DNA of 61,784 bases, counting the filler, from Sphacelaria rigidula (lineage: Eukaryota), in NCBI GenBank assembly GCA_964200075.2. It is 11 parts of 11 records of this genome, joined end to end, with 100 filler letters (N's around TTAATTAATTAA, not from the genome) between each part and the next. Parts side by side here need not be neighbours in the genome. Positions count along the whole stretch, not along the records: positions 11,254 to 16,779 come from CAXNAA020026616.1; positions 16,880 to 22,405 come from CAXNAA020026617.1; positions 22,506 to 28,031 come from CAXNAA020026618.1; 8 more parts are not named here. One strand, written 5' to 3'. Each line of letters starts with the position of its first letter. The first letter of the stretch is position 1. Under the pieces are notes generated by a model, which did not search any database, was not told the DNA's origin, and was given only the letters and a program-made list of their open reading frames with translations. The translations under genes and the position numbers were made by a program. Positions 11,254 through 22,992 of this stretch are shown here, in pieces.

Positions 11254-14200
11254 AAGAAAGCGAGACTACAGGTTCACCAACATAGTACAGACGGAAAGCA
11301 TTACCTGTTTTCGTGGGATCATCCTCATAAGCATGAGCTCCCGAATCAGTGTCGAAGTGACCCAGAGACAGTTTGCCTGTTACTGGACGGTTCGGGACAG
11401 GTGTGTCCGTCGTATACGTATGTGTGGAAAAACGAAGCCACCTATCTCGACCCAACAAAACATCAAAAGACATGGAACCGTCGGGCACTATTAGTGCCCA
11501 TACGGACAACCGGGCAGTGGGAGTAGTGTCCTGGTAAAATTCTGATAAAATTGTATACTTAGTCTCACCGATTGATTGACCGTAAGAGATGTGGAGGAAC
11601 CAAACCCACCAAAAACACGAGGGTGCAACGTGGACAGACAATGCTCGTCCGCCGCGCCCGCGTTGATCATCTGTTGCCAGCAGCTGGCGGTAATGAGCGT
11701 TTGAGGTGAACCCGAGTCTGGTAGTGCAAGAGCTATCAAATGACAGCTTGCACGCGCTCCACTACGTAAACCTATTTTGGTCGTAAAAGAAGCATCATCC
11801 AGAGTTACAGTACCACTGACGAGATCGGGCCCGAATTCGGGTATGACATCTGACACATCCTGTTTCGCGTTTTGAACAAAGGTGCTAAAATACACCCGTT
11901 TATGATCCTGTGGGACAAGCTTTTGGTCGGAAGGATGGTGCGTGCATGGAGTGTCAGTGTTTGTGCCTGGAATATTTGTCTCATCAGTCGAGGGTTGAAT
12001 CTCATATACTGCAACGGAGGGGCGATGCCGGGGAAGGGCAGTTGTCGTGGTTGGACCCGACAACTGGTCTGTGCTTGGTATTTCACCCTTATTGGCCAAC
12101 AGAGGGGGCAAATCGTCATTGTGCAAAGCGGGATCAATTCCATTATCCAGCTTGGTCGGAACAGGGGACGATTCATCGGGGCGCGGTGTTGAGTTTGATA
12201 CGCCAATCAACTCAATACTATCACTAGTTAGGGCCAACATGGGAGGTTTCGGAGACGATTCGTCAAGACGCGGGGTTGGTAAAGCTGTACTGTTCAACCC
12301 GGCGTCTATTAAAGGGGCCAACGTGGGCGAGTTAGGAGACGATTCGTCTTGCGTAACACTTTGTTTGCCTGGTGACGAACACACGATTGAGGTGTCTTCA
12401 TGACTAGGATGCGAACGTCCATGAGTCGGCGAAGTCTCTGTCCCTACAGACGGCAACGCTTCATCGGAAATGGATTCTAACGTAGTGCACGGGGGGTGGT
12501 CAGGGAGAAGTAACGATCTGTTCGAAATCTGGGGAGTACTGGCCTGTTCTACTCTAAGGTTTTCATCTGTCTGAGCCCATACGCAATCTCTTCCTTGGAG
12601 TTCACGTGCGCTTGCTACATCAGGGTTATCTACATGATCATCTGGAGGAGCCAGTCTCTGGTGACGCGTATAGCGCACGAAAGGATCGGCGACTCCAGGA
12701 GCTATTGAAATGAGTTCTTGGACAGTCGAACCTAGGTCACGCTCTTGGCGCACCACCTGAGTCGCTGTCACTTGGGGTTCCATTCCAACTCGCTGAGGGA
12801 CGGAAAGCATGGGTTCTTTGCGGTTGCGACCCTTCAAGGAATAATTACGCTCATCAAATAAAAGGGAACCGGATACCGTAGTTTTTGCGGAACTCGGTAG
12901 GGTGGTTAGCCGGGCACTTGAGCAGTTGGGGGGTGCTTGAGTGTGTGGCTTCGAATTTGGTGTCCTCCACTGAACAGGCGAAGGGACAGCGACTACCGTA
13001 CCACAAGATATTTCGCCTCCTGATGCGGTAGAAACTGCACTTTATGACTTCCTCTCCCCCGAAGAGAAGGGATTCGATTGAATATGATTAGTACCGCGTA
13101 CATGTAAAACTGGCTGATCAAATCCAGGATTAATACGTTTGAGTTTGGTCACTGCTCAATTGATAGCCATGCAACGGTGCACGGGCTTCGACTGTCTTGG
13201 AACCCTTCAAGGCAGTGTCAGCATATCCAGGGAACCCACACCACATGGTTGAACCCGCGGTGGCCACTGTTGGTTCGTGCGTGCGATGTGCGTGACCTGG
13301 CCGAGCGAAAAACAAAAGTTGACATAAAAGTGTTGGGTACTTCTGCAGTGAATCACCGGTCATTGTATATTTTTAATCGTGGGATTGTACCAACTAAATG
13401 AGAAATGACTTACTGAAGTAGAAAAAAAATAGGTAGGTGGCGGGGCTTAGCTTTTGGGCTCAGCAACGCGTCCTGGGTTACCCCACTGTATGCTACTTGG
13501 AATCTCCGCAACTTGTAGACCGTTCCTAAAAGGTTGCCAAGTTGTGAGGTGAGCATCAGTGCTGTGTGGGTAGGTACCGCCCTGGCGGGGTTCAGCCGCG
13601 GCACTAGGTCCACTCACGTGTAAATGTCTACCGTTTTGTGAGTGGGCCGGTGCATGTGGTTGAACGTGTGCCAGGTCAGGTGGGTCAGGCGGTGAATCAG
13701 TTGTCACCTTGAGGGCGGAGCAGGCGACCGTACGAACGCAGCTGTGATTGCCAGACTTGCCAACATAGTCCAAAATGACGCGAAGCTTCCAAATGTCTTT
13801 GTCAACAGCCTATATTCTTGCTCCGCAATTTCCAGAGCCTTCGTGGATTTGCGTATAGCACGTTCTAGTTCATGTTGTTCTGTTGGCTTGTTCTCGGGAT
13901 GGACATTCATCTCACGGGGGACCTGCGCGGGCTCTTGCACCCCTATAAACCCTCATGTTGACCCGTCTGGAGACGGGCAAATTCCAAATCTCTCAACGCA
14001 TGTTCAAGCTGTGCTAGATTGCTGTTATTAATCTGGTCCCGGCACTTTTTTCGTGCAATTACCGAAAAATTGTACCAACGCAGGGGAATGGGGGCTGGGG
14101 AGGTTTGCTTGAGCTGGAAATATGCTTCGTCACGCGTGAGCGGGGATTGTTCTGGCTTGGGCTGGTTATCAACAGCCAGAGTGGGGCTATTACAGGGTTC

Positions 14201-14580
14201 AGCACCGGTTTGGGTGTAGGGGTCACTTGGAGAGGTGCCATCTGAGAATGAAGAGTGGGAACACCGTCAGCGGTTTGAGTGGCTGGTTGGTGTACAGGGG
14301 AGTGGGCAGCAACGGGTTCAGGGTCAGCATGTGGAGGGGGATTGTCTTCATCCACGCTGGCGTCCCTGAAAAGACGTCCTGCAACGACGCTATCATCAAC
14401 ATCAAAACGTTCCGATTTGTTTTTGCCAAGCGCCTCACTACGCATGATTTGGGTTGGCTGTACGGTTGATTTCACTATTGTCTGTAGGCAGCGCACCGTC
14501 CTTCGTGACATCGTGCTACGGTGAAAACGAAGGGCGATTGATATCAGACATGGCTTGTACACTTGCGCCATCGCGCCGAA
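11254..14580 (-). mobile_element. Degenerate Ty3/Gypsy-type retrotransposon, gag-protease region (frameshifted)
   Basis: ORF 12837-11491 contains ALPDSGSPQTLI (retropepsin D-S-G). It continues after a frameshift into …FDVLLGRD (the LGxD motif). Decayed gag-like reading frames lie upstream. Confidence 0.7.
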
Positions 14581-16879
14581 CCGGTAACGTAGAGACGCAG
14601 AGGTTGAATAGTGAACGCTTCGAAGTGGAATTGAGCAACTTAGTTGAGGAATGAGGCGGCGTGAACAAAAATAAAAAAGGAACAGAGTGGCAGGGTACTG
14701 TCGACAGTCGATCGACATGTAGTTCCGCGCACTCCGCACATGCATGAGGTCTACCACCTTGTCAATCAGGTGCAGACAAGAGAGAAAGAAAAACAAATAT
14801 GCCGAAGGCACGCAACAAACCGTAGGTGTGTGTATGTGTGTTGGAATACATTGTAACAGCAAAAGACGAGAAAACGAAGGTTGTCACAACCAACAGACAT
14901 ACAGTGTCTGTCACAAGCGTAACAGCGCATTAACAAACCCGCATGCCATGAAGGCATGTACGTGTGGGACGCGGCGAACCGCAACGTCAACCGCTTAGTC
15001 CTCTCTTGAGAACATTTATTATGAGGTTTGAGAGAAAATTAACACACACACACACACACAACTGTCGGATGTCGTATCGTATTTCCAGAGGCAATATCAG
15101 CGCAGTCGGCGATGCTCATATAAGGGCATCGCCTAGTTCACTGAAAATAGCCGAGTTGGCGTCTTGGTGACGTACATCGTCCAGATGGACAGTTAATAAA
15201 TATACAAACATAACCGAAATACAAATAAATGTGTAGTGCAGTGCAGACAGCAGCGTAAGAAGCACCAGACAATGAAATGCTGTGTGGCACAGTACAGTAC
15301 ACATGATCTTCACGTGGTCCAGCGGGCGTGCTCGACAGTGCAGTACGATACCAATTTGTTCGCATCACCTTAAACAAAATCCGACACAACGCTATGCCCG
15401 CGCCGTGTTCTTATCTACCATGCAATATAGATAACTTCGTTCAGATAGTAGCAGTACCAACGCCTGCTACAGTACGGCATCTCACCGTCCGCAAGATATT
15501 CCCCGCTAGGACCATTTGTAATTGAAACGGCGCTGTACTGTCGTCAGCACTTCAATTCGGAACAATATTTCAACGGGAAAGGTGAGTGGCCTTCTGGACG
15601 ACCAAGTATGTACTGTAGTGCGTGTTGGTGGGGCGGCAATCAAACTGCAGTGTACACTGGTGCCGTGTGAAAGTGGACAACTAATATGGGCCTCACGCCT
15701 CGCCGTGGTCAATCATGCTCGTGTACAAACAACATTCTCATCCTGGTCCATCATGCCGCATCGATATAATTCGGGGCGCATGGTGGCTCAACGTTCGGTG
15801 TTTGGGCAAGAAAAGTCGTATGTACAGCGGGCGGCGATTGAAACCGCCCGCGAACTCTTTACCTGCAAGCATGAACCAGCGTGTGTTTGGACACATGTCG
15901 GTCGATTCGGTTGATACAGAATCGACGGACTGTGAGCAGGGGCGCTTGCGGGGGCAGGTGGTCGGGAGGGCGGTGAAAAAGCTATGGACCCTTGAGGGTC
16001 GTATCCAAACAAGGAACGTGTGAGCGGCTTCATTATCCGAGAACCGCCCGTCGGTGAAAAAGGACACATCACTTCAGATCGAGTGTGCATGAAAACGCTA
16101 TGCATTCTCTGTGTGGTGTATAACGTTACCAGTGAGAGCGTATCCGCCGCAGCGGGTTGGGTTGTACCGTCGATATGACCTGCAGGGTGCGGGGAATATG
16201 CTTGTGCAGCAAGAGAAGGCTGATGTGTGCGTTCATACCTGAAGCGCCTTATGGTTCGGTCGCCACTGCCTGCAACCAACATGGGTACCGTGTGGCACAT
16301 CGAAGACCTGCAGCGAACTCGTGTCGGAATGAATGTCCAACTTCGAGTAAAAAACACAACAGCTGTCCAAGAAGCTGTATTTTTACCTTGGTGTATTACA
16401 CCGCTGAATCGTGTATACAAATATCAAGTAAAGATCAAAGACCGAAAATACAGGGCTTGGAAAAATCAAACCAACAAAGAGTTGTGGTGGGCTGGAACGC
16501 TTACAACAGTAGCCCACGGAGAGAAAAACAGTACAGCTTGAGGTCACAAGCTAACTCTGAAGCCCCAAGTGTGGTGAAACTACACCACTGTGGTGTAATA
16601 CACGCAAAGCAAGCCACACCCAAGATGGATGAGTATGTGGCGCACTGGTCCTGTTTCCGGCTCGTAAGTCAAACCGTATGTTTTTCTCACACAAGGGCAG
16701 TCGTCGACAGTGCACAGCTGTAGTTGAAAGTAGGCACTGAGCTCTTTCTGAAAAGGAAACACCACTGTGATATAAGGGGNNNNNNNNNNNNNNNNNNNNN
16801 NNNNNNNNNNNNNNNNNNNNNNNTTAATTAATTAANNNNNNNNNNNNNNNNNNNNNNNNNNNNNNNNNNNNNNNNNNNN

Positions 16880-16954
16880 GCTCCGTCTCGAAAGGGATGC
16901 GTGGTCAATGGTCAAACGACTAAGGCAAGCAACAAATGAGTACGCCCCCCCCCC
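16880..16954 (+). mobile_element. Family B LINE 3' fragment with C tract
   Basis: GCTCCGTCTCGAAAGGGATGCG…AAATGAGTACGCCCCCCCCCC. Confidence 0.85.
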
Positions 16955-17359
16955 ATGGCGTGTGTGGAAGTTGTGGATGTGGTGGCGGAGGTGGTCGGCT
17001 ATGCTTCCCACGAGGGATACTATGATTTGTTCGTGTGTTATTTTTCTCGATTTTCGATTTTCGAAAAGAGATCGGTTCGAAGGAGGAAGGATTGCGAATA
17101 TATAGGGCGCTCGCTTTCTCTGCCCTGGTTCTCGCGGGAGGGGGGGGGGATGTCGAATAATCGAAATGTAGAGGGAGCATAAGTTTATTGGTTGTTCGAT
17201 AGGCCTGTGCGTGTTTGTGGCATGCAAGATGCACGAATAGTACAGTGGTGTCTCCCATGACCCCCCATACGAAAGGCGTGCCCCCCGTCACATACATACC
17301 TCCCACAAACCAGCACAAGCTTAATCAGTCAGTGAACGCTCACACATGCGGACACGCAG

Positions 17360-20300
17360 GAGGAACATATGATGCGAGAAGCGGCCGCGATGAAAGCCAG
17401 AATAGAAGAGGAGTACCGAGTGAAGGCGGAAAACGAAGCCCGAGAACGCATCGAAGCCGAAAATCGCGAGAAGGACGAGATCCGTAGGCAAGAGGAGGAG
17501 GAAGCGGCTGAGGCGGCGGCTGCGGCGTCGGCAGCCAAGGCGGAGGTGAATGGTGACGCAGGCGGAGGAAGCGGGAGCAAGTATCGCGCGAATGGGATGT
17601 CGAGTGGCGGGCGTAATGGGAGCGTCGGCGGCAGCTCCCGGGGTTTGCCTCTAGCGAGTCCTGGTGGCTCCAGCGACGGAACCGACGTTGTTTCGTTGTC
17701 CGCGAGGTATGTGTATATGCATGTGTGCGCTTGTGTTGTGTTTGGAGGTTCTGTGGGGCTGTTCATTGGGGTGATGATGGCGGTGTTGTGTTGTCGTTGC
17801 TGGGTGTTGTGTTGTCGTTGCTGGGTGTCGATGCTGTCGTTGTTTGTCTTGTTGATGTTGGGGGTTGTCGGTGCCGGTGTCGTTGATATTGTCGGTGGTG
17901 GTGTTGGTTTCGGTGTTGCTTCCGAATCGTTTCGAAGGACGGATCGCATGCTCGTCTGTGGTGAGTCCGTACGAAGTCCCTGTCATCGTTCTGGGCCACT
18001 GTATATGTTTGCACAACCCCCACCCCCACACCAAGCATGTCGCGGTTCTCTTGGTTTTTTTCAATGTTGCGATGGAATTTTTGCGGTCGGCCTTGCTTCT
18101 AAAAAGACTACAATAGTGGGCGGTCTAACTATTTAGGGGTGTTTTGGGGTTTTCCTCGCGTACTTCTCTTTGATAAAAGTCGAAATTGCTAGCGTCGATA
18201 GATTTTGGTGGTTTAACACAACAGATCATCCTCGAAATAGAGTGCCCAAGTCAGTTTATGTTGGTGTTATCGGGCAAAACGAGTAAGTACCCCGTTCATC
18301 AGGAGGGTGGTATTGACCGCGAAACATAGTTTTTCGGCCCCAGTGCAATGAGTAGGCAGAAATAAAAAAAACAGAACTGCACATTTCTTTACAAATATGA
18401 TCAGGACGGGCTCGATCGACCTAAAATACAGAGGAGTAAGAATCTGGGCTGAAACGTGGCAGGACCCCCGATAACCGGTCAGCCCGTAAGTCACTCAATA
18501 TTGAGTACAGTTTTTTTTTTTTCTTGGAATGTGGAGCAGATACAAATATCTTCAGATCCCCGATTTGATAAGCGGTGGCAAGTGAAAAGTGCCCAATTAA
18601 ATCGCCAATTACGAAAAAATCACAAAGTGCCACAAAATGACTAGTTACCCCGCCCACTACTGTACATCCATTGACAGGACAATGTTTGCCTCTGCGTGGC
18701 TTCGCTCCTCTTCGGATATCTTCTCCACACGCCACTGTTTATTCTCATCCTTCCCCCCCCTTGTTTTGAGAAAATAGTCGTGGGTACGGGTAAGAAGGAG
18801 TCGACCCCCTAATTTTCAGTTTGGGGTGCAAGTCTCTCAAGCGCAGCCAGCCTATTATCTAAGTCACGTTGAAGTATCTGCGGGTTTCACCATGTGTGGT
18901 CTTGATTCAAAATTTACTGGATTTCGAAAGCTGCGTCTTGCTTTTCTGGTGTTGGTGGAATCATGTGCGAAGAGGTTGCAATCGTGAAGTCGCGTCTTGT
19001 AACATTCACTCCCCTACCCTGCGCCCCTGCCGCCTACTAGTAGATCAAGTGATGGGGGCGGCGCGCCGCCCTTCGCCGAGGGTAGGATGCTAGATGATAT
19101 GGAGGCGGAGGAGATGTGCTCGGCGATTACACAAATCTTTTTGAAGAAGACGGCCGGCAGCAGCGCGTTTGTGCTCTTCCATGTGGTACTCAAGACCAAT
19201 CGCCGACGGTGGACTATCGAGCGGCGTTACAGCGATTTCGTTTATTTGCACGAGGTAAGATATCGTTGTTGTTGTTGTTGTTGTCGTCTTCAAATTGAAG
19301 ACTGTTCCGATATTTGCGCAGTAGTCGGTGCTGGGCATTCGACGCGGACAACTCCCTTGATCACGGGCTTGATGGCCAAAATAGGGTTTAAGCGTACTTG
19401 AAATAAAATAAAATAAAGCACATAATTATTTCACACTGACGCGATTATATGTGGAAGAAAACACGAAAATACGACTAACGTCACAAGTACTTCATGTTGC
19501 AGTAGGTCATCATTTATAGCGTGCCCTGTCGAGTGAAAACGGTCGTGTGTTGCGGCGCGAAGCAAAGTTCAAGCATTCCGGTTCACCAATGCATAATCTT
19601 GTTTTGTTGTAGACGCTTATACCTCTGATTGTAAAGATTCTCAACTATTGGTGGTGAGTCAAGGGTTCGACTAGTTGAAACGCGCTCAACTCCCAGGATG
19701 GGTTCCCTGGGTCTGACGCTCATTTTTCGAGCGAAAGTGACGCCGACTCAAAATAATGAGCTATAACACCCGACCGACCCTCGCGATTGAAGGGTTCCAT
19801 ACTCTGAACAACGTATGATTGATGGTTGCAATAGACAAAAAAATGTACTGCGTAAAGTATAGACCTATTGCAGTTATTGCCGACGATGATAATGGTTGCA
19901 GTAGGCCTACACTTGACGCAGTACATTTTTTTTTGTCCATGTATAATATTGCAACTATTTGCATTTTGTGCAGGGTGTGTCAAGAGTTTGAAAATCTCGC
20001 CCTTGGACTGTGAACCGGTCTATATTGGGATCAGCGCGTGTTCAAAAATAACGCTCCAACAGCTCCGTGTATCGAGCTTTATGTAAACGACTGCTCCTTC
20101 AGGAAGGGGCCCAAACCCTTATTGAGACTTTGAAATGTATTTCTTTTCATGTACTGGTCTCCGTGCCATACTTTGCTCCTTTTGGAAGAGTACCGGCAGC
20201 TGAAATCCAATGCCCGTACGCTCTGATTCACGGAAGAATCCCAGTTTTTTTGTCCCTCAAAAAAAAGAAGGAAAAAGTGCTTGGTGTGGGGAGGCAAAAC

Positions 20301-20792
20301 CTTCACGCAAATCGAAATAAAAATAGCCAAGCACAACGAGCAGCTAGGAATTCCTACGCTTGGGTCCGTTCTCGCCAATGTCGCCCATATGAAACGCTTC
20401 AAGCAGCCTGAACCCGAACACCAGACGCTCTAAGGCCATTTTCTTCGGAACACTTTGGGGCTGGTTTTGAGGGGCTATCGTAGAAAGTGTCAGCTTAGGG
20501 TAAAATGTGACATGGCCTCGTCTTCAGGGACGGCCAACGTGGGTGGTTAGCGGCTTGTGAAAACGGGGAGTCTTGAAGTATGTAGGATTTTGGTGTAGAT
20601 GAATATCCAAAGAACATATTTCGTTGCTGTATTGACATCGTATGCTCGTACATGCGCCGCATATTTTTGCACCTGATGTGGACCTCAAAGCAGTTATGCG
20701 CATGCAGCACAAGATCCATCACAGGGCGTGAATCGTCAAGTGATTGGATTTGAATAATTTTTTCGGGTAGTTAGCTCAGGGTCAAAGCAACC

Positions 20793-20842
<50 letters not shown>

Positions 20843-22359
20843 TGCCACTGCCCCGCCCCATCCTTTGCCCGCCCTTTCGCCCACTGCGCGGGGGGGGGGN
20901 NNNNNNNNNAAACCCACCCAGGGGGGGAATCGTCAAGTTGGTTGGTTTTAAATATTTTTTTGGGGTGTTTGGCCCGGGTCAAAACCACCCCCCCCCCCCC
21001 CCCCCCCCCCGATCCCCGATCCCCGATCGAAAGTTCATGTATTCGGAACGATTCCACATTGGCGCAATACCTCGCGCCGAATTGGAGAGGGAGGAGGAAA
21101 CAACATTGCATGCACGTGTTTCAGGAAGCAAGTTCGGGGTCGCCACTGTTTTGATCGGGTGGATTTTTCGATCGGGTCGAGCTGTTATTTTGGGCTAATG
21201 AACCGGCAGGATTGGCCGTGATCCGTATAAATTCGAGGAACAACGTAGATTTTTTCGTCAAACCTACCCGCGGGGTCCCGATTGTTGGGAGACGAAGCTC
21301 AACCCCTTGGCCACAAGGGTAGTTCATCTAGATCACGCATAATTGATGCCGGCTCAACAGATTATCTACTCTCGCCCTCAAAGGATTAACGCACTCGTTC
21401 CTGACGGTGAACCCGAGGTTGCCAGTGTCTGAGTGGTCGCAGTTTTGGTCGGTTTCACGGCGTGAGAAGCCGCCTGAAATCGCCCGAAACCCCAGATTCC
21501 TCGGAGCAATTCCACCTCCACATATAATCTTCCGCCGTTTTCAATAAACAGAGTTTTGCACAGGTGCAGTTGAGGGGGAGGGGGGGGGGATACTCATTCG
21601 TTGCTTGCCCTATTCGTTTGGTCATCGGCCACGCATCCGTGACGAGACGGAGCTCAGGTGTGGTCGGAATCGGTCTTATTCGTCTCTTTGGATCATGAGC
21701 CGCTGGGTATGACCGGGGACCTCAGATGATGGGTGAAACAGACCAAACACTTGGATCACGTCGACACGAGCTACCACAAGTCCGCCCTCAGGAATACATG
21801 TGTTAAATGTCGTCCACTAGTCCTTAAAATCGGGGTTATGGTTGCCTGTTGGCTTTTTTTTGTGTGTCACATTAGTTGGCCTGTGTATCTTCTACGACAT
21901 GGCTGTATCTCCTACGCCCGGGATATCAATTTTTATCTGTTCCTTTTTTTCTTTTCTGCACTGTTTTTTCTTGGCTCGCTCCATTTCCATCTTCGGTCGT
22001 CGTGCTTTCGTGTATGTGTGTGATTCCATTTTTATTTTTTCGATTTTTTTTTGTCGCACTTTGAACCCCCCCCCCCTTGCTCGGGTCGAGTCCGTGGTCT
22101 CGAGGGATCAATCCATCTCTCCCCAGGTATACGCCTTGCAAATTCGTCTCGTGGATTGGGTCAGCACTCCCGCACTGCGGCAACTCACGTCAAACAAACG
22201 TACTCGACTACTACTCATCGTGTTGATTTCATTCACTGTATTTTGTATTATTTGCAGCACCTGGTGGAAGCAGGCCAGATGGATCTGCCTGAGCTACCCC
22301 CACGAAAAAAGCTGTTCGAAGACCCTCTGGACAAGGACTTCCTCAAGGCCCGTCAGATG
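17360..22359 (+). CDS. Phox homology (PX) domain protein with an upstream coiled coil; partial, exons 17360-17706, 19044-19254, 22258-22359
   Basis: Canonical AG/GT sites with matching phases. The spliced product reads …WTIERRYSDFVYLHE|HLVEAGQMDLPELPPRKKLFEDPLDKDFLKARQ, matching the PX RRYSDF..LH…PxLPxK…F…R signature. Confidence 0.9.
18111..18662. mobile_element. Tc1/mariner-type (Stowaway-like) MITE in an intron
   Basis: TIRs CAATAGTGGGCGGTCTAACTA / TAGTTACCCCGCCCACTACTG, flanked by TA on both sides. A second copy lies at 48059-48560. Confidence 0.85.
19826..19940. repeat. Short inverted-repeat element; related units at about 3213-3385 and 52445-52490
   Basis: GACAAAAAAATGTACTGCGTAAAGTATAGACCTATTGCA … TGCAGTAGGCCTACACTTGACGCAGTACATTTTTTTTTGTC. 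Confidence 0.65.
21574..21653 (-). mobile_element. Family B LINE 3' fragment (reverse orientation)
   Basis: G tract followed by ATACTCATTCGTTGCTTGCC…CACGCATCC…CGAGACGGAGC. Confidence 0.8.
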
Positions 22360-22505
22360 GTGCGAGTCATGCGTCGATATGGGTGGGGGGGGGGGTACTC
22401 ATGATNNNNNNNNNNNNNNNNNNNNNNNNNNNNNNNNNNNNNNNNNNNNTTAATTAATTAANNNNNNNNNNNNNNNNNNNNNNNNNNNNNNNNNNNNNNN
22501 NNNNN

Positions 22506-22858
22506 GTTGTCACTTCTCACGGTAATCTTGAGTTACTCGTCTCCCCCACTCATTTCCACAGTGTGCGCACTGGGGTCCGTAGCAGTCAACTCCGAACATA
22601 CTTCCTGTGCTGCAGCAGCTGTGCGCACCAGGCTATATCCCACCCTTTTCTCTTTGGGTCAATTTTTTCTTGAGGGTTTCTTCCCTTAAGGCCAATTTGT
22701 TTTACAGAGGTTTTTTCTCCTCTTTTTTCTTCAAAGAAAGTGCGTTCGACGGGAATCGAACCAGCGACTTACTTTTTGAAGGTTTGAGAGACAACCAACT
22801 AGACTACTGACCAGTTAGCGCTGACTGGTCAGTAGTCTAGTTGGTTGTCTCTCAAACC
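22506..22858 (-). mobile_element. tRNA-derived SINE with an inverted duplication of its head
   Basis: Minus strand GTAGTCTAGTTGG (A box) … GGTTCGATTCCC (B box). 22781-22858 is a 78-bp palindrome. Confidence 0.65.
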
Positions 22859-22992
22859 GTCACAGATCAGAGATCCCGCGAACTACTTTCGTTTTCACCT
22901 GTGCATGAGCATAAGCACCCTGTTGCAAGCACAGGTACACCAAACTCCACGCCGAAGGACAAAGTGCTATCAAGTGTTTTCAACCGCCTTAC

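Noticed and set aside
15500..16780. Short ORFs (15715-16023, 16227-16541) that might encode a TE accessory or Tudor-like protein
   Set aside because: They are fragmented, with no recognisable motif set or consistent splice pattern
20725..21012. Apparent tandem duplication around a 10-N gap with very long C runs
   Set aside because: The second copy looks like a low-quality re-read of the first across a homopolymer, so it is probably a scaffolding artefact
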